From: a virus
Lineage: Duplodnaviria > Caudoviricetes
Length of the DNA: 57,904 nt
Strand: one strand, 5' to 3'
Virus record (IMG/VR): IMGVR_UViG_3300030012_002820
Location: 1 to 57,904 of that record
The position numbers and the translations under genes are program-made. Below are positions 30,526-40,362 of the stretch, piece by piece. The notes under the pieces are model-generated. The model was not told the origin of the DNA, searched no databases, and saw only the letters and a list, made by a program, of their open reading frames with translations. Position 1 is the first letter of the stretch. Every line of letters begins with the position of its first letter.

Positions 30526-32004
30526 TTACACTGTCCAGACAGCATGGGCTTCAGGCATATGAATCTCTAACCCTGCTTCTGTTTGGATTAAGTCGACTCT
30601 ACGGTCAACACCACTGTTCTCAAGAGTTTGTACACCAACGTAGATTGATGTATCACGATTTTGTCCATTACCAACAAGAGGTCTATAAGAACAATATCTC
30701 ATGTTCACACCAAGTAGACCTACGTTAGTTCCGTCAAGGTGAATATTACGAGCAACATTCATATCTCCATAAGGAGTAGAAATTGTAGTAATATCAACAC
30801 CAAATGCTTTTTTCTTGCCAATCATTGACATATCAGCACGAGCTAATGAGTTTCCACCACCAGTTGCATTTTGAGTTGCACCATCAACGTAAGGCTGAAC
30901 TTGACCAAGATTGTTAGCAAAGTAACCACTTAGCTTATGTAACCAGTTGTAAACAGCTGTGCTACAGAAGAATACAGTTGCGTTTGCATTATTATAACGA
31001 GGGTCTAAGAAAGCACTCATGTCATCAAGAAAATCATCTTGAGCTTTAGTTGTAGTATCTAAACTAAACAAGTTACCAAAACCTGTAATGTAGTTTATAA
31101 CACCATCAGTATACCAAGCATCATCTGCAGTTGAAGCAGTACCATTAAATAATAATGATTGCTCAATATCAAATTTATGCTCAATTAACTTTTCTTTCCA
31201 TACTCTTGCCCATTCACTAGAATCATACTTAAGAACTGTTGCTCTTGCAGTATTATCCATAGCACAAGCAGTTTTCCAAATCTGAGTATTTCCAAACCCA
31301 GTTTTGAAAGGTTGGTCTTTCCATGTTTCAGGATAACCACTACCTTGCTCGTGAGCAGTACCAATTACGTATGAGCGTTTAGAAGCTAAAGACTCTTGAG
31401 ATTGATTACCTTTTCCTGAGTCTACGCTATGCTTATAAGTAATATGTAAAGTAGAAGGAGTTCTAATTACTTTACCTGTTAAGGTTACCATATTAGCAAC
31501 AGCTGCATCTGCTACTGCGTCTACTCTAAATACATAATAATCAGTAGCTTGAGCTGCGCCAATTGCACTTGCACCTGTTGGTATTTTAACTAATTGACCA
31601 GGCATAAAAAATGCAGGTTTTGTGTCAGCAGCACCAATAGTGATTGCTGTTTGTCCATATACTGAACCTTCGTTACCTGCAGATTTATAATCACCTGCCA
31701 TTGTTACTTTTGTTGTATCTGCTGTCATTGCACCATTTTGTGCGGGAGCAGTACCATCAGAACTTCCACCATATGTATAAGCATAACGCTTATGGAAGGA
31801 AGGTCTTCTCTCAGTAAATTTGAACTGAGGGTCATCTGTTGGCTTCTTAGAAAGTTTTGAAACTAAACGGAAGAAAGGGTCTTGTGCTATTGCAAGTTCA
31901 GACACCCTACTTCCGAAGTTATATTTCCGTCTAAGGTCACCAGTCGAAAGACTGCTATTATCGTCAGCAACACCTAAGTTGCCAAGTTTAAATAAATCAG
32001 ACAT
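30526..32004 (-). CDS. major capsid protein
   Basis: 492 aa, after portal and scaffold; strong RBS; NTQIWKT...HKFDIEQSLLF and TEAGLE...EAHA patterns. Confidence 0.85.
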   Translation of the reverse strand: MSDLFKLGNLGVADDNSSLSTGDLRRKYNFGSRVSELAIAQDPFFRLVSKLSKKPTDDPQFKFTERRPSFHKRYAYTYGGSSDGTAPAQNGAMTADTTKVTMAGDYKSAGNEGSVYGQTAITIGAADTKPAFFMPGQLVKIPTGASAIGAAQATDYYVFRVDAVADAAVANMVTLTGKVIRTPSTLHITYKHSVDSGKGNQSQESLASKRSYVIGTAHEQGSGYPETWKDQPFKTGFGNTQIWKTACAMDNTARATVLKYDSSEWARVWKEKLIEHKFDIEQSLLFNGTASTADDAWYTDGVINYITGFGNLFSLDTTTKAQDDFLDDMSAFLDPRYNNANATVFFCSTAVYNWLHKLSGYFANNLGQVQPYVDGATQNATGGGNSLARADMSMIGKKKAFGVDITTISTPYGDMNVARNIHLDGTNVGLLGVNMRYCSYRPLVGNGQNRDTSIYVGVQTLENSGVDRRVDLIQTEAGLEIHMPEAHAVWTV

Positions 32005-32067
32005 TTGACTTATCTCCTATTCTATTTAGGGTTGAGCAAATGGCTAATAATTTATTTTATTTAGTTA

Positions 32068-32931
32068 TTAACCAAATGCGTTATCTAGTTGTTTGTCAAT
32101 CCCTAAAATAGCGTCAAAAATTTGTCCTTCTTCAGATTGTTCGACCTTTGCAGAACCTTGAGTAGCTAAAGACTTTGGCTTAGATTGGGTATTCCTAACC
32201 TGATTCAAAGCTTTATTACTAGCAGTTCTAGCTATGTTGTCTTCTCTTTGACCTCTGTTTTTCAAATAGTATATATCATCTAATGATAACTTTTGGTTAT
32301 CAGCAAATTGTCTAAACTCATTCCATTCAGAATCGCTCATATTATGCTTTTGACGAAAATCGCTAATGTTTCTTTCAAGATTAAACTCTTGTTTTTGTTT
32401 AGCAAGTTCATTACTTAGCCTTCTCTGAACAACGCCATCAATAGTAGCGTTTAGCACTTTTGCAGAATCACTATTTGGATTTGCTATTGCATCATCAGGG
32501 TCAAAAATAAAATCTTCTCCAAGTTTCATTTTATCAACCATACTTTCAGGGGCTTGACCACCACCCTCAAAATAGCCTTTCACATGAGAAACTAAATTGG
32601 GGTCTTTACGCATTTCGTCAAGTATTGGCATATAAGGTTCAAGTTCTTGTAAGCGTTGGTTAAGACGTTTACCTTCTGAACTAGAATCTGCATACCTCTT
32701 TTTAAGAGTCTCAACATCCTCTGTCTGAGCTTCATTTGTTTCTATTGGTTCTTCCATGTTATTGGTTTGACCTGAATTAAGTGAAGTTTCATTTGCATTG
32801 GCATCATCAACAATTCCTCCATTGACAGATTGCTCTAAATCAGCAAAAAAATCATTGTTGTCGTCAGAAATAAAACTTTCGGGGGCAGAATTATTATCAA
32901 CTTCTGCGTTGCCTACTTGTGTTTCTTCCAT
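32068..32931 (-). CDS. capsid scaffolding protein
   Basis: Acidic disordered N-terminus, LKKRYADSS.E..RL coiled coil; lies between portal and MCP. Confidence 0.75.
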   Translation of the reverse strand: MEETQVGNAEVDNNSAPESFISDDNNDFFADLEQSVNGGIVDDANANETSLNSGQTNNMEEPIETNEAQTEDVETLKKRYADSSSEGKRLNQRLQELEPYMPILDEMRKDPNLVSHVKGYFEGGGQAPESMVDKMKLGEDFIFDPDDAIANPNSDSAKVLNATIDGVVQRRLSNELAKQKQEFNLERNISDFRQKHNMSDSEWNEFRQFADNQKLSLDDIYYLKNRGQREDNIARTASNKALNQVRNTQSKPKSLATQGSAKVEQSEEGQIFDAILGIDKQLDNAFG

Positions 32932-32958
32932 TATTATTTAGCCTTTTTTTAGTTATGT

Positions 32959-32988
32959 AATTTATTTATCTTGCTTTTTCTCTTGCAA
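32959..32988 (-). promoter_or_regulatory. candidate sigma70-type promoter for scaffold/MCP
   Basis: TTGCAA-18 nt-TAAATT at the portal 3' end; same -10 hexamer as at 10464. Confidence 0.4.
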
Positions 32989-35172
32989 GTTGTTTTTTAT
33001 TTCATCATTTAGGATTTTTCTATAATATTTTTGTTGTGCTTCTGTTTCTAAAACGTCTTTTTTGTTTTCCATAGAGCCAACATCAATATTATGTCGAATA
33101 CCTGCCTGAATCAATTGTCTTGATAGAGTTTCAACCGTTCCTTCTCTATCTTTTAATTGTTCTTCAAGTTGTTGTACTTGAGATTGCAATTGAGAATACA
33201 TAGACTTTCTTTCTATAATATTCTCTTTACCTCTTACATCTGTTTCTGCTAGCATTGCTATATCATCAATTAATCCTGCTTGATACCATCTAAAATACTC
33301 TTCAAGCAAAGCCCATCTATTAACAGGCATTGATGCACCTGCTACGATTCGTATATCAAATCTAGCACTAGCATAATCAGACCACTTGTTTATTTCTTCC
33401 CCATAATCATTATAAATAGGAATATTAATTCTTGTTTCTTTTTCAGAATAGCCACCACCTGCGTTAGGCTCAACAATTCTAAATACTTTATCAATTTGAT
33501 AGTGAGATTGAGCTAAATCTTTAAATACAGTTCCAACGTGCTCTAAACAAGGCTCTAAAACACTATTCATCCAAGCTTTAATTCTTCTTGTACCAAATTC
33601 ATCGTTAGCAAGTAACCCTCTATAAGTATCTGCTTGTTGTTGGGTAAAACCCATCATAGCACTTGGTATACCTGCTATATATTCCATATCAGCTTTACCT
33701 TCTTGGGTAATTGTATAAAAAGCATTGTTAATAGCTGCAGGTAAAATAGGTGTAGGAGGATTAAATCCTTGTCTATATTTTAACAAAGCTCCAGGGGCAG
33801 AAGAATATTGTTCCCATTCATTCTCAGGAACAGAACCTTCTTCATACATCCATCTAAGATTAGAAGATAGGTTTGCATTGTGAACCATGACTTGATGAGC
33901 TTTATTAATTTCTTGTTGCTTACCTATCATTGGAGATACTGCAGACATTGGAAATGGCGTACCTGTATATAAATAAGGAACAGGAACTATTGGATATTGA
34001 GATATAGGTAAAATATATTCATATAAAGTAACATCAGAACCTAGAGTACAAGTTAATTTAATTCTAGTTTCAAAATATTCAGTTGCTTGAACAATAGTTG
34101 ATGCAACGTCTTCATCTTCTATTAGAATATCGTATTCTTCTTTACTGATTACTTTTTCTTCAACCCTATTAAGCTCTTCTTGTAGTGAATAATTTATTTC
34201 AGCAGTTTTTTGATTTATAGATTTTTCTAAATTAGTTTCTGCTTTTTGTATTTCAAGGTTTGCTCTCTCTTCAATAATTTCACCTGCTTCAAAAGCTTTT
34301 TGTATCTGAAGTATTTGTTCTTTAGTAGACACAGCTATTTCTGCTTTAAAATCTTCTAATTTTTGGTCTGATATAGCTTTTACATTGTCAATATCTTCTT
34401 TAGTTGGAAACATCCTCACAACAAGATTAACATAAGGAACTCTTACTTTTTCATAACATTCATGATATGATAGTAAATCATCTTTATCACCATCAGGGTT
34501 TACACTTGTAATAACATCTTCAGGTATAATTGCATCAGAAGTTCCTCTATCTGCTTGTGAGTACGCATCTTCACTTCCTTGCTCTGTAGCTCTATTAACT
34601 TTCCTAGAATATTCAGGAAACATATTTTTAAGTTGCTGTCGTGCTAATACTTTTCTTACAATAATAAAAGAAGCATCTCTCATTAAAAAATCACGACTCA
34701 TTGGGTCAGGATAAACATCATAAGGGTCTATTTTTTTAAATACTACATCTCCTTTACCATTATCTAGGTCTTGGTCGATGTCCATAAAGAAATATCCACA
34801 TCCTTTTGTAAGAGTATCAAGTATAACATTGCCATAAACAGATTTTCCATTAGATAACGACCAACAATATTCAGATATGTCGCTATGAACTTGAGCAATA
34901 TTTGCATCACTACCCTCAACAGCTACAGCTTTCCATTTTGGATTATTAGCTGTTACAAAATACTTCATTGTTTCAATAATAGGTGTAATCCTATTAATTT
35001 GGAATGTTGGCATCCCTGATTCTCTTAATGTATCTTGTTCTTCCTCAGTAAGTTGTTCATTAAGATAAAAATCATATCCTTTTTGACTATCAGATTGCCA
35101 TTTTGTGCGTTCTTCACAATCGGCAGTGTTAAACATCTGATAAATACGTTCAGCTTTATTTACTCTAGCCAC
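32962..35172 (-). CDS. portal protein (P22-like)
   Basis: 736 aa after TerL; P.F.INRI.P, DPYDVYPDP.SRD, YPIVP, Q.EINK motifs. Confidence 0.88.
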   Translation of the reverse strand: MARVNKAERIYQMFNTADCEERTKWQSDSQKGYDFYLNEQLTEEEQDTLRESGMPTFQINRITPIIETMKYFVTANNPKWKAVAVEGSDANIAQVHSDISEYCWSLSNGKSVYGNVILDTLTKGCGYFFMDIDQDLDNGKGDVVFKKIDPYDVYPDPMSRDFLMRDASFIIVRKVLARQQLKNMFPEYSRKVNRATEQGSEDAYSQADRGTSDAIIPEDVITSVNPDGDKDDLLSYHECYEKVRVPYVNLVVRMFPTKEDIDNVKAISDQKLEDFKAEIAVSTKEQILQIQKAFEAGEIIEERANLEIQKAETNLEKSINQKTAEINYSLQEELNRVEEKVISKEEYDILIEDEDVASTIVQATEYFETRIKLTCTLGSDVTLYEYILPISQYPIVPVPYLYTGTPFPMSAVSPMIGKQQEINKAHQVMVHNANLSSNLRWMYEEGSVPENEWEQYSSAPGALLKYRQGFNPPTPILPAAINNAFYTITQEGKADMEYIAGIPSAMMGFTQQQADTYRGLLANDEFGTRRIKAWMNSVLEPCLEHVGTVFKDLAQSHYQIDKVFRIVEPNAGGGYSEKETRINIPIYNDYGEEINKWSDYASARFDIRIVAGASMPVNRWALLEEYFRWYQAGLIDDIAMLAETDVRGKENIIERKSMYSQLQSQVQQLEEQLKDREGTVETLSRQLIQAGIRHNIDVGSMENKKDVLETEAQQKYYRKILNDEIKNNLQEKKQDK

Positions 35173-35334
35173 TTATCGCATCTTCCTTTTTGCTTTATCT
35201 TGTTTTTGTGCATTTTTAGTATTTTGCCAACCACGTTTCATAGCATTATAGGCTTTATCACTAATAGTGCTTTTAGATTTGCTTCTACTTATACCTAATC
35301 TTTTTCTTCGATTAATATTTTCGACTAAACTCAC
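35173..35334 (-). CDS. 53-aa basic peptide (not in ORF track)
   Basis: GTG start overlapping the upstream TGA; SLVENINRRKRLGISRSKSKSTISDKAYNAMKRGW...; its stop abuts the portal start. Confidence 0.6.
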   Translation of the reverse strand: MSLVENINRRKRLGISRSKSKSTISDKAYNAMKRGWQNTKNAQKQDKAKRKMR

Positions 35335-35435
35335 TTTTTACCTTTTTTTCTTTTAGGTCTAGGTTTAGGCATTGATTTTTTCTTTTTTTTAGGTCTACCG
35401 ACTTGACTTCCATAAGTTCCTTTTCCACTTGGCAT
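35331..35435 (-). CDS. 34-aa Lys-rich peptide (not in ORF track)
   Basis: AAGGAG RBS; MPSGKGTYGSQVGRPKKKKKSMPKPRPKKKKGKK. Confidence 0.65.
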   Translation of the reverse strand: MPSGKGTYGSQVGRPKKKKKSMPKPRPKRKKGKK

Positions 35436-35446
35436 TTTAACTCCTT

Positions 35447-37015
35447 TTATGATGTAATCCAGCTTTTAGCTTTCTTTTTAGGTGTATACCACTCTCTTGT
35501 CTTCTTTTCCTGCTTCATATTTGGAGGAAAAGCGTGTAAAAGTGCGTAAAATAATGTCTCTATTGTATCATCATGAGCCATTCTTGCACCGAATGTAACA
35601 ATTTCGTGCTCTAAATCAAACATATTTTCCCGTAAATGTATATTTCCTGTACTAAAACGACCTGAAAGACCCGAATATATCTTATTTCTCTTCTCTCTGC
35701 CCCCAGGTTTTTCAGAAATAACGCTAACATCAAACTTATTTTCTATCCTACGTCTTTCATTTAGCGATTGAAATACTGACCTATTCATAGCTACATCCTC
35801 TACAGTAGAAGATATGCAATGATATTTTTCATGCATTTCCATAATATAGTCAACAACACCTTTTTTCCCTACAATATTGTCTTTAGAATCACGACCTGCT
35901 AAAGTAGGTATTGAACGATGTCTCTCATATTCTAATACATATACTTCATTTTCAGGAGTTATTGCAACAGCCATAATAACTGAAAAATCAGAAGTCTTAG
36001 TATTAATATCAGTTGCAGGGTCGCAACCAATAAAGGTATTAACGGGTATTTTTTCCCCATCAATAACAATAAAGTTAATACCCTCTTCATGTAAATAGTA
36101 CCCTTTCCAATATTTTATATATTGTCTTCCCCATACTGCTTCGTCTTCGTTTTGTACCTCAAGTTCATATTCTTGGTAATAGCCATTCATTCTACCTGCT
36201 TCTTCATACTCTTTTTTCATTAAGTCAAGTCTTTTTCTAGGAAAATAAGAGTTCCAAAGCACCCCACCATCCATTTCAGGTTGTGTAGACTTATAACTTA
36301 TAACATCCCAAGTATAATCACTTTTATTATCAGCCTTTGCATATCCATCTAGTATGTTTTGACACAAACTATCAAAATGTACAGGTGTTCCTGCAAATAT
36401 CAATCTACCTGTATGTAAATCAAGCGCAGGTTTTACACCATTATATACAATGTTTTTAATCTTTTCTCTTGCATCGTGCGTAACTGTATTGCTTTCACTT
36501 TCTGTATCGTCAAGTGCAACTATATCATATCTTTTACCTAGATAATTTTCACCTCTTACACTAGATAAATTAGAACGACTTATTAATTTAGCACCTGTGC
36601 TAGTTACAATATCTGTTTCTGTCCATTTATCTCCTACAACACTACCAAAATAATACTTTATCATTTCATTTGATGTAAAGTGTTGTTTAATGTATTGCAA
36701 GTTAAGAATAGACTTGCGATGGTTGTCAGATACCCAAGCCATAAACATTAAATCATCTTTTGGCTTAAATAATATCTTATGCATTAAAAAAGTTTTAAAT
36801 AATTGTGTCTTACCACTACCTCGTGGCAAAATTAATGCCAATGCTTTAGTAGTGCTTTCTAATAATGCATCACCAATTTCATAGTGAAATAATGGTGATT
36901 CTGATTTACCAAAATCTCCAGGAAGGAAAAGTTTTCCAAATGCAATTAAATCAGTTTGTGCTAATTCTAATACTCTTTCGGCTTCATTAACATCCTGACT
37001 ATTAATATTAGCCAT
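35447..37015 (-). CDS. terL: terminase large subunit
   Basis: Walker A PRGSGKT, Walker B IVALDDTE, GTP coupling motif, nuclease GCDPA...DFS...HDD. Confidence 0.93.
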   Translation of the reverse strand: MANINSQDVNEAERVLELAQTDLIAFGKLFLPGDFGKSESPLFHYEIGDALLESTTKALALILPRGSGKTQLFKTFLMHKILFKPKDDLMFMAWVSDNHRKSILNLQYIKQHFTSNEMIKYYFGSVVGDKWTETDIVTSTGAKLISRSNLSSVRGENYLGKRYDIVALDDTESESNTVTHDAREKIKNIVYNGVKPALDLHTGRLIFAGTPVHFDSLCQNILDGYAKADNKSDYTWDVISYKSTQPEMDGGVLWNSYFPRKRLDLMKKEYEEAGRMNGYYQEYELEVQNEDEAVWGRQYIKYWKGYYLHEEGINFIVIDGEKIPVNTFIGCDPATDINTKTSDFSVIMAVAITPENEVYVLEYERHRSIPTLAGRDSKDNIVGKKGVVDYIMEMHEKYHCISSTVEDVAMNRSVFQSLNERRRIENKFDVSVISEKPGGREKRNKIYSGLSGRFSTGNIHLRENMFDLEHEIVTFGARMAHDDTIETLFYALLHAFPPNMKQEKKTREWYTPKKKAKSWITS

Positions 37016-37176
37016 TACTCATCATTCTCATCATCTTCTTCTTCTATTTCGGCTCGTAATTTATTTCTTTCATTAATAGCTTCTATAGTTTCTTTAGAAA
37101 TCATCTCAGATGATTCTGCTATACGAACATTATCATTTTCATCACCACTATCGTGATATTCTATTACATCTTTCAT
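37015..37176 (-). CDS. 53-aa acidic peptide (not in ORF track)
   Basis: MKDVIEYHDSGDENDNVRIAESSEM...EEEDDENDE; coupled TAATG at both ends. Confidence 0.6.
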   Translation of the reverse strand: MKDVIEYHDSGDENDNVRIAESSEMISKETIEAINERNKLRAEIEEEDDENDE

Positions 37177-38216
37177 TATTTCTTACCACGTTTCCAAGTT
37201 AAATATTCAGCAGCTTCATTAGGCTCAAATATAGTAGTTACTAATCTACAGTCATCATCACCATACGCAGGGTCTATAATAGTAACAGGACATTTAAATA
37301 TATTTTGGTCAGGCAATCCTTTTTCTTCAGCATATCTATCCATCTCTTTATAAGATGCTATTCTTAATGCATGAGAAACTAAACCAGTAGCAGGGTCTTT
37401 TAATACTTGGTATCCACTAACATGAGTATGACCTGCAGTAAGTATATGGTCACGCCAACCCATTTGGACAGCTTTAGAGATTCCATGCGCAGTATTCCAC
37501 ATAGAGTGTCCTGCAAATGTATGTCTAGCATTTATCCTTACTTCTTTACCATTTGGAAAAACTAAATTTATGCGTACACCATTATTATTATATAATCCTG
37601 ATTGATGACTAACTATCCACTCTAATGGGTCACCACTACCACTCCAAGCATCATGGTTTCCACCTACTAAGTACAACCAATTAACTTTTGTTATAAAATG
37701 CTCAGTTAATCTCCATGATTCTTTTGATGATGTAGATTGTTCACCATAAAGTCTAGCTAATCTACCAATCCAATTGTTTTGGTTATCTCCAATATTGCCA
37801 CCAAATAATCCTTTAGTTTTTTGTACAAGTTCGGCATGAGCTAAAAGTTCTGCAATATTAGTACCATCGTCATCTATATGAGGGTCACCAAAATGAGCGA
37901 TACCTACTGGTCCATCTATATTAATCTTAATATTAATTAATCTTTCGCTATTTTTAGCTGCATTTTTAAGAGCAAACTTTTTGATTCTATTTTCTATAAG
38001 CTCTTCTATAGGCTCGTTACCTGTTGGGGTATCTTCTACAGTAAAATCTTCTACAATATTTTCTTTTTGAACTATAGCTCTCCATTTTCTTATAGTTCTT
38101 GGATGCACACCCATTATTTCAGCAGCATATCTATTAGTATAGTCTTTTGCTAATTGCGTTGCTTTTACATAATCTTCAAATTTATAATTTTGTTTACCAC
38201 CTGCTTTATTAGCCAT
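37176..38216 (-). CDS. calcineurin-like metallophosphoesterase with N-terminal HTH
   Basis: GDPH, GD, GNHD, H and GHTH motifs; AAEIMGVHPRTIRKW helix-turn-helix. Confidence 0.8.
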   Translation of the reverse strand: MANKAGGKQNYKFEDYVKATQLAKDYTNRYAAEIMGVHPRTIRKWRAIVQKENIVEDFTVEDTPTGNEPIEELIENRIKKFALKNAAKNSERLINIKINIDGPVGIAHFGDPHIDDDGTNIAELLAHAELVQKTKGLFGGNIGDNQNNWIGRLARLYGEQSTSSKESWRLTEHFITKVNWLYLVGGNHDAWSGSGDPLEWIVSHQSGLYNNNGVRINLVFPNGKEVRINARHTFAGHSMWNTAHGISKAVQMGWRDHILTAGHTHVSGYQVLKDPATGLVSHALRIASYKEMDRYAEEKGLPDQNIFKCPVTIIDPAYGDDDCRLVTTIFEPNEAAEYLTWKRGKK

Positions 38217-38977
38217 TATTTATCTCCTTCAGTTAATTCTTTTCTTTCGGCTTGTTGTAACTGTTTAGGAGAAAACCCTTGAAACATACCAACTATGCCT
38301 ACATCCTTTTTAGTTGCAGGGGTAGATGTGCCAATAATCTTTCCTAGTTCTTTTAATGATTGTAATACTACATTATCATCTTCACCTGTATCCGCTAAAT
38401 GTTTTAGGCTTCTTAATACATACTCATGGTCTATACCTAGACTTTTTGCTATATCAGTAACCCCTTTTTCTACTTCATTCATAATTCTTTCCTGTTTTAA
38501 TAATAACACTGCTTTCTTTTTAGCTTTGCTATAATCATTTTCTTTATAAACATTTTGAACAGCAGTAACTGCATCCTTACCTACTATTACCTCAGTAGTA
38601 AATAGTCTTTCTTTCTTTGTTATATTTTTACGTTTTTTAAAATTTTCGTTAGCTTGTTTTACATTCTTTGAAAAAGTATATCTATTAGGATGTAAATCGA
38701 AGTTAGTATCCATTTTAGATTTATCATTTAATAAAAATGTACCAACTACAGTACGGACATAGCCTCTATTTAATTTAAAATTCTTTCTATCGTTTGGATG
38801 ACTAATACCGCTACGTTTTAATATTTGGACAATACCACCATCATCAGATTTAACCCAATCTCCTTCTTGGGGATTATCTTTCCAATGCTTTGGATTAATA
38901 TCTTTGTGATATTTTTGAAACTCCTCTACAGTATTATAGACGTAATGCTTAACGCCTTTAATCTCTCTATAATCCAT
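38216..38977 (-). CDS. putative terminase small subunit
   Basis: C-terminal half with KERLF...A..A..VY, LLKQERI and L.SLKELGKIIG TerS-like helices; upstream of terL. Confidence 0.6.
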   Translation of the reverse strand: MDYREIKGVKHYVYNTVEEFQKYHKDINPKHWKDNPQEGDWVKSDDGGIVQILKRSGISHPNDRKNFKLNRGYVRTVVGTFLLNDKSKMDTNFDLHPNRYTFSKNVKQANENFKKRKNITKKERLFTTEVIVGKDAVTAVQNVYKENDYSKAKKKAVLLLKQERIMNEVEKGVTDIAKSLGIDHEYVLRSLKHLADTGEDDNVVLQSLKELGKIIGTSTPATKKDVGIVGMFQGFSPKQLQQAERKELTEGDK

Positions 38978-39173
38978 CCTTTTTTCTTTTCAATTTTTCA
39001 TTTTCAACATATAACATATCAATAAGGTAAATAACTTTTGATGGGATTCTATACTCTTTTCCATCTATTTCTATAAACCCTATTTCATTATTCTTGTCCT
39101 CAGAAAGCTCTTTTAATGCCTTTACTTGGTCATCATAAGACTTTGTGAATAGACTTTCTAATAATTCAGACAT
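38967..39173 (-). CDS. hypothetical protein, first gene of the late operon
   Basis: ATG 5 nt after a -10 box; probably leaderless. Confidence 0.6.
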   Translation of the reverse strand: MSELLESLFTKSYDDQVKALKELSEDKNNEIGFIEIDGKEYRIPSKVIYLIDMLYVENEKLKRKKDGL

Positions 39174-39178
39174 AATAG

Positions 39179-39207
39179 AATCTATATACGCCCATGTTAT
39201 ATTTCAA
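39179..39207 (-). promoter_or_regulatory. sigma70-type promoter of the packaging/late operon
   Basis: TTGAAA-17 nt-TAGATT with an upstream T-tract (UP-like). Confidence 0.6.
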
Positions 39208-39227
39208 AATAAAAAAATAAAAAAATT

Positions 39228-39410
39228 TTAGGGATGCCAAGTAGCGATTTTATCTAAACACGCTTGAAGATTTTTAAAAGAAATTTTATTTTGATAAAAC
39301 GCTTCCATAACTTTATCTTTTTTTTCATTCGGAAGCCCATCCATTTCAATTTCCAATAGAACTTTGATAATCTTTTTCTCATTATGAGTCATCTCCTGTT
39401 CTATCGCCAT
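39228..39410 (-). CDS. hypothetical protein
   Basis: 60-aa ORF with AGGGA RBS. Confidence 0.5.
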   Translation of the reverse strand: MAIEQEMTHNEKKIIKVLLEIEMDGLPNEKKDKVMEAFYQNKISFKNLQACLDKIATWHP

Positions 39411-39664
39411 TTATCCCTGTTCTAGCAGTATTAATATATTAGTAGTACTAGCCTTCTATTCATCTTTTCCCACCACCACACCCTCAAAGGTAAAACTAAG
39501 TCAAGGTCAGAACCAAGAAAAAAAGTGCGAAAAAAAATTTTTCTAAAAAAAATGGACGTAAATGCAGTGCATAGTATATTCACACCCCATACCCTAAAAT
39601 GCGAGATTTGATTTATCAATTTTTCGTTATGTTTCGTTTTAAATTTAAACCTATGAGGATTATT

Positions 39665-39880
39665 ATGAACAACATGATTAGATTTCAACTCCATGGCAAG
39701 CAAGCTTTCACTATCTCTAATGAGCATGGTGAGGAGCACACTTCTTGGCAACCTACCACATTTCTATGTGCGTACGACACCAAAGCAAAGAAAGCCTTCT
39801 TTCTACGCAATGGTGGCACAGAGATTGGTAAGGAGATTGAGAATCTTCCTACAGAAACTGTTGAGTTTCTAACCAAGTAG
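39665..39880 (+). CDS. first early gene, 71 aa (start reassigned from 39599)
   Basis: GAGGA RBS before ATG 39665; more C/G-ending codons than the rest of the genome. Confidence 0.7.
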   Translation: MNNMIRFQLHGKQAFTISNEHGEEHTSWQPTTFLCAYDTKAKKAFFLRNGGTEIGKEIENLPTETVEFLTK

Positions 39881-39892
39881 AATGGATGGCAA

Positions 39893-39910
39893 ACCCCCCT
39901 TCGGGGGGGT
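39893..39910 (+). terminator. GC hairpin with cUUCGg tetraloop
   Basis: ACCCCCC-TTCG-GGGGGGT; no U-tract follows. Confidence 0.55.
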
Positions 39911-39967
39911 GCGTCTTAAAAAGAACGACATACATTTTTCACATACATACCATAGGAGATTACCAAT

Positions 39968-40090
39968 ATGAGTCTGCACTTTGACTTTCATAGCAAGATA
40001 TGGGTTGTAATAGTGAGTGGCACTTCACATCTACTATACTACTCAGTCTCACGTGCACAATGTATAGCTTATATGAATAACATGGGCTAA
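39968..40090 (+). CDS. 40-aa early peptide (not in ORF track)
   Basis: AGGAG RBS; MSLHFDFHSKIWVVIVSGTSHLLYYSVSRAQCIAYMNNMG. Confidence 0.6.
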   Translation: MSLHFDFHSKIWVVIVSGTSHLLYYSVSRAQCIAYMNNMG

Positions 40091-40190
40091 TAACATTAGT
40101 ACATATTAACACGTCTAACAAACGGAGTCTTTAGCGTGGCTTGGCAACAGAATGACGCTATTAATTAACCATTTAACAAGGAGAGAACTA

Positions 40191-40325
40191 ATGGCACAGA
40201 TTACCAAAATCATAAACAATATATCATTTTATTTATTATTCGGTTCAATATTTATACTTGGACTTATTTCAGGAATAGGACTAATTATTATATTAATTGA
40301 TGCTATTCAAAAGATTATAACATAA
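40191..40325 (+). CDS. 44-aa single-TM peptide (not in ORF track)
   Basis: AAGGAG RBS; FYLLFGSIFILGLISGIGLIIILI hydrophobic core. Confidence 0.65.
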   Translation: MAQITKIINNISFYLLFGSIFILGLISGIGLIIILIDAIQKIIT

Positions 40326-40362
40326 CTAGGAATCATTACTATTTAACTAAAGGATTAATATC

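Noticed and set aside
39431-39876. Minus-strand ORFs 39431-39751 and 39685-39876
   Set aside because: They overlap the well-signalled plus-strand gene and the low-complexity divergence region.
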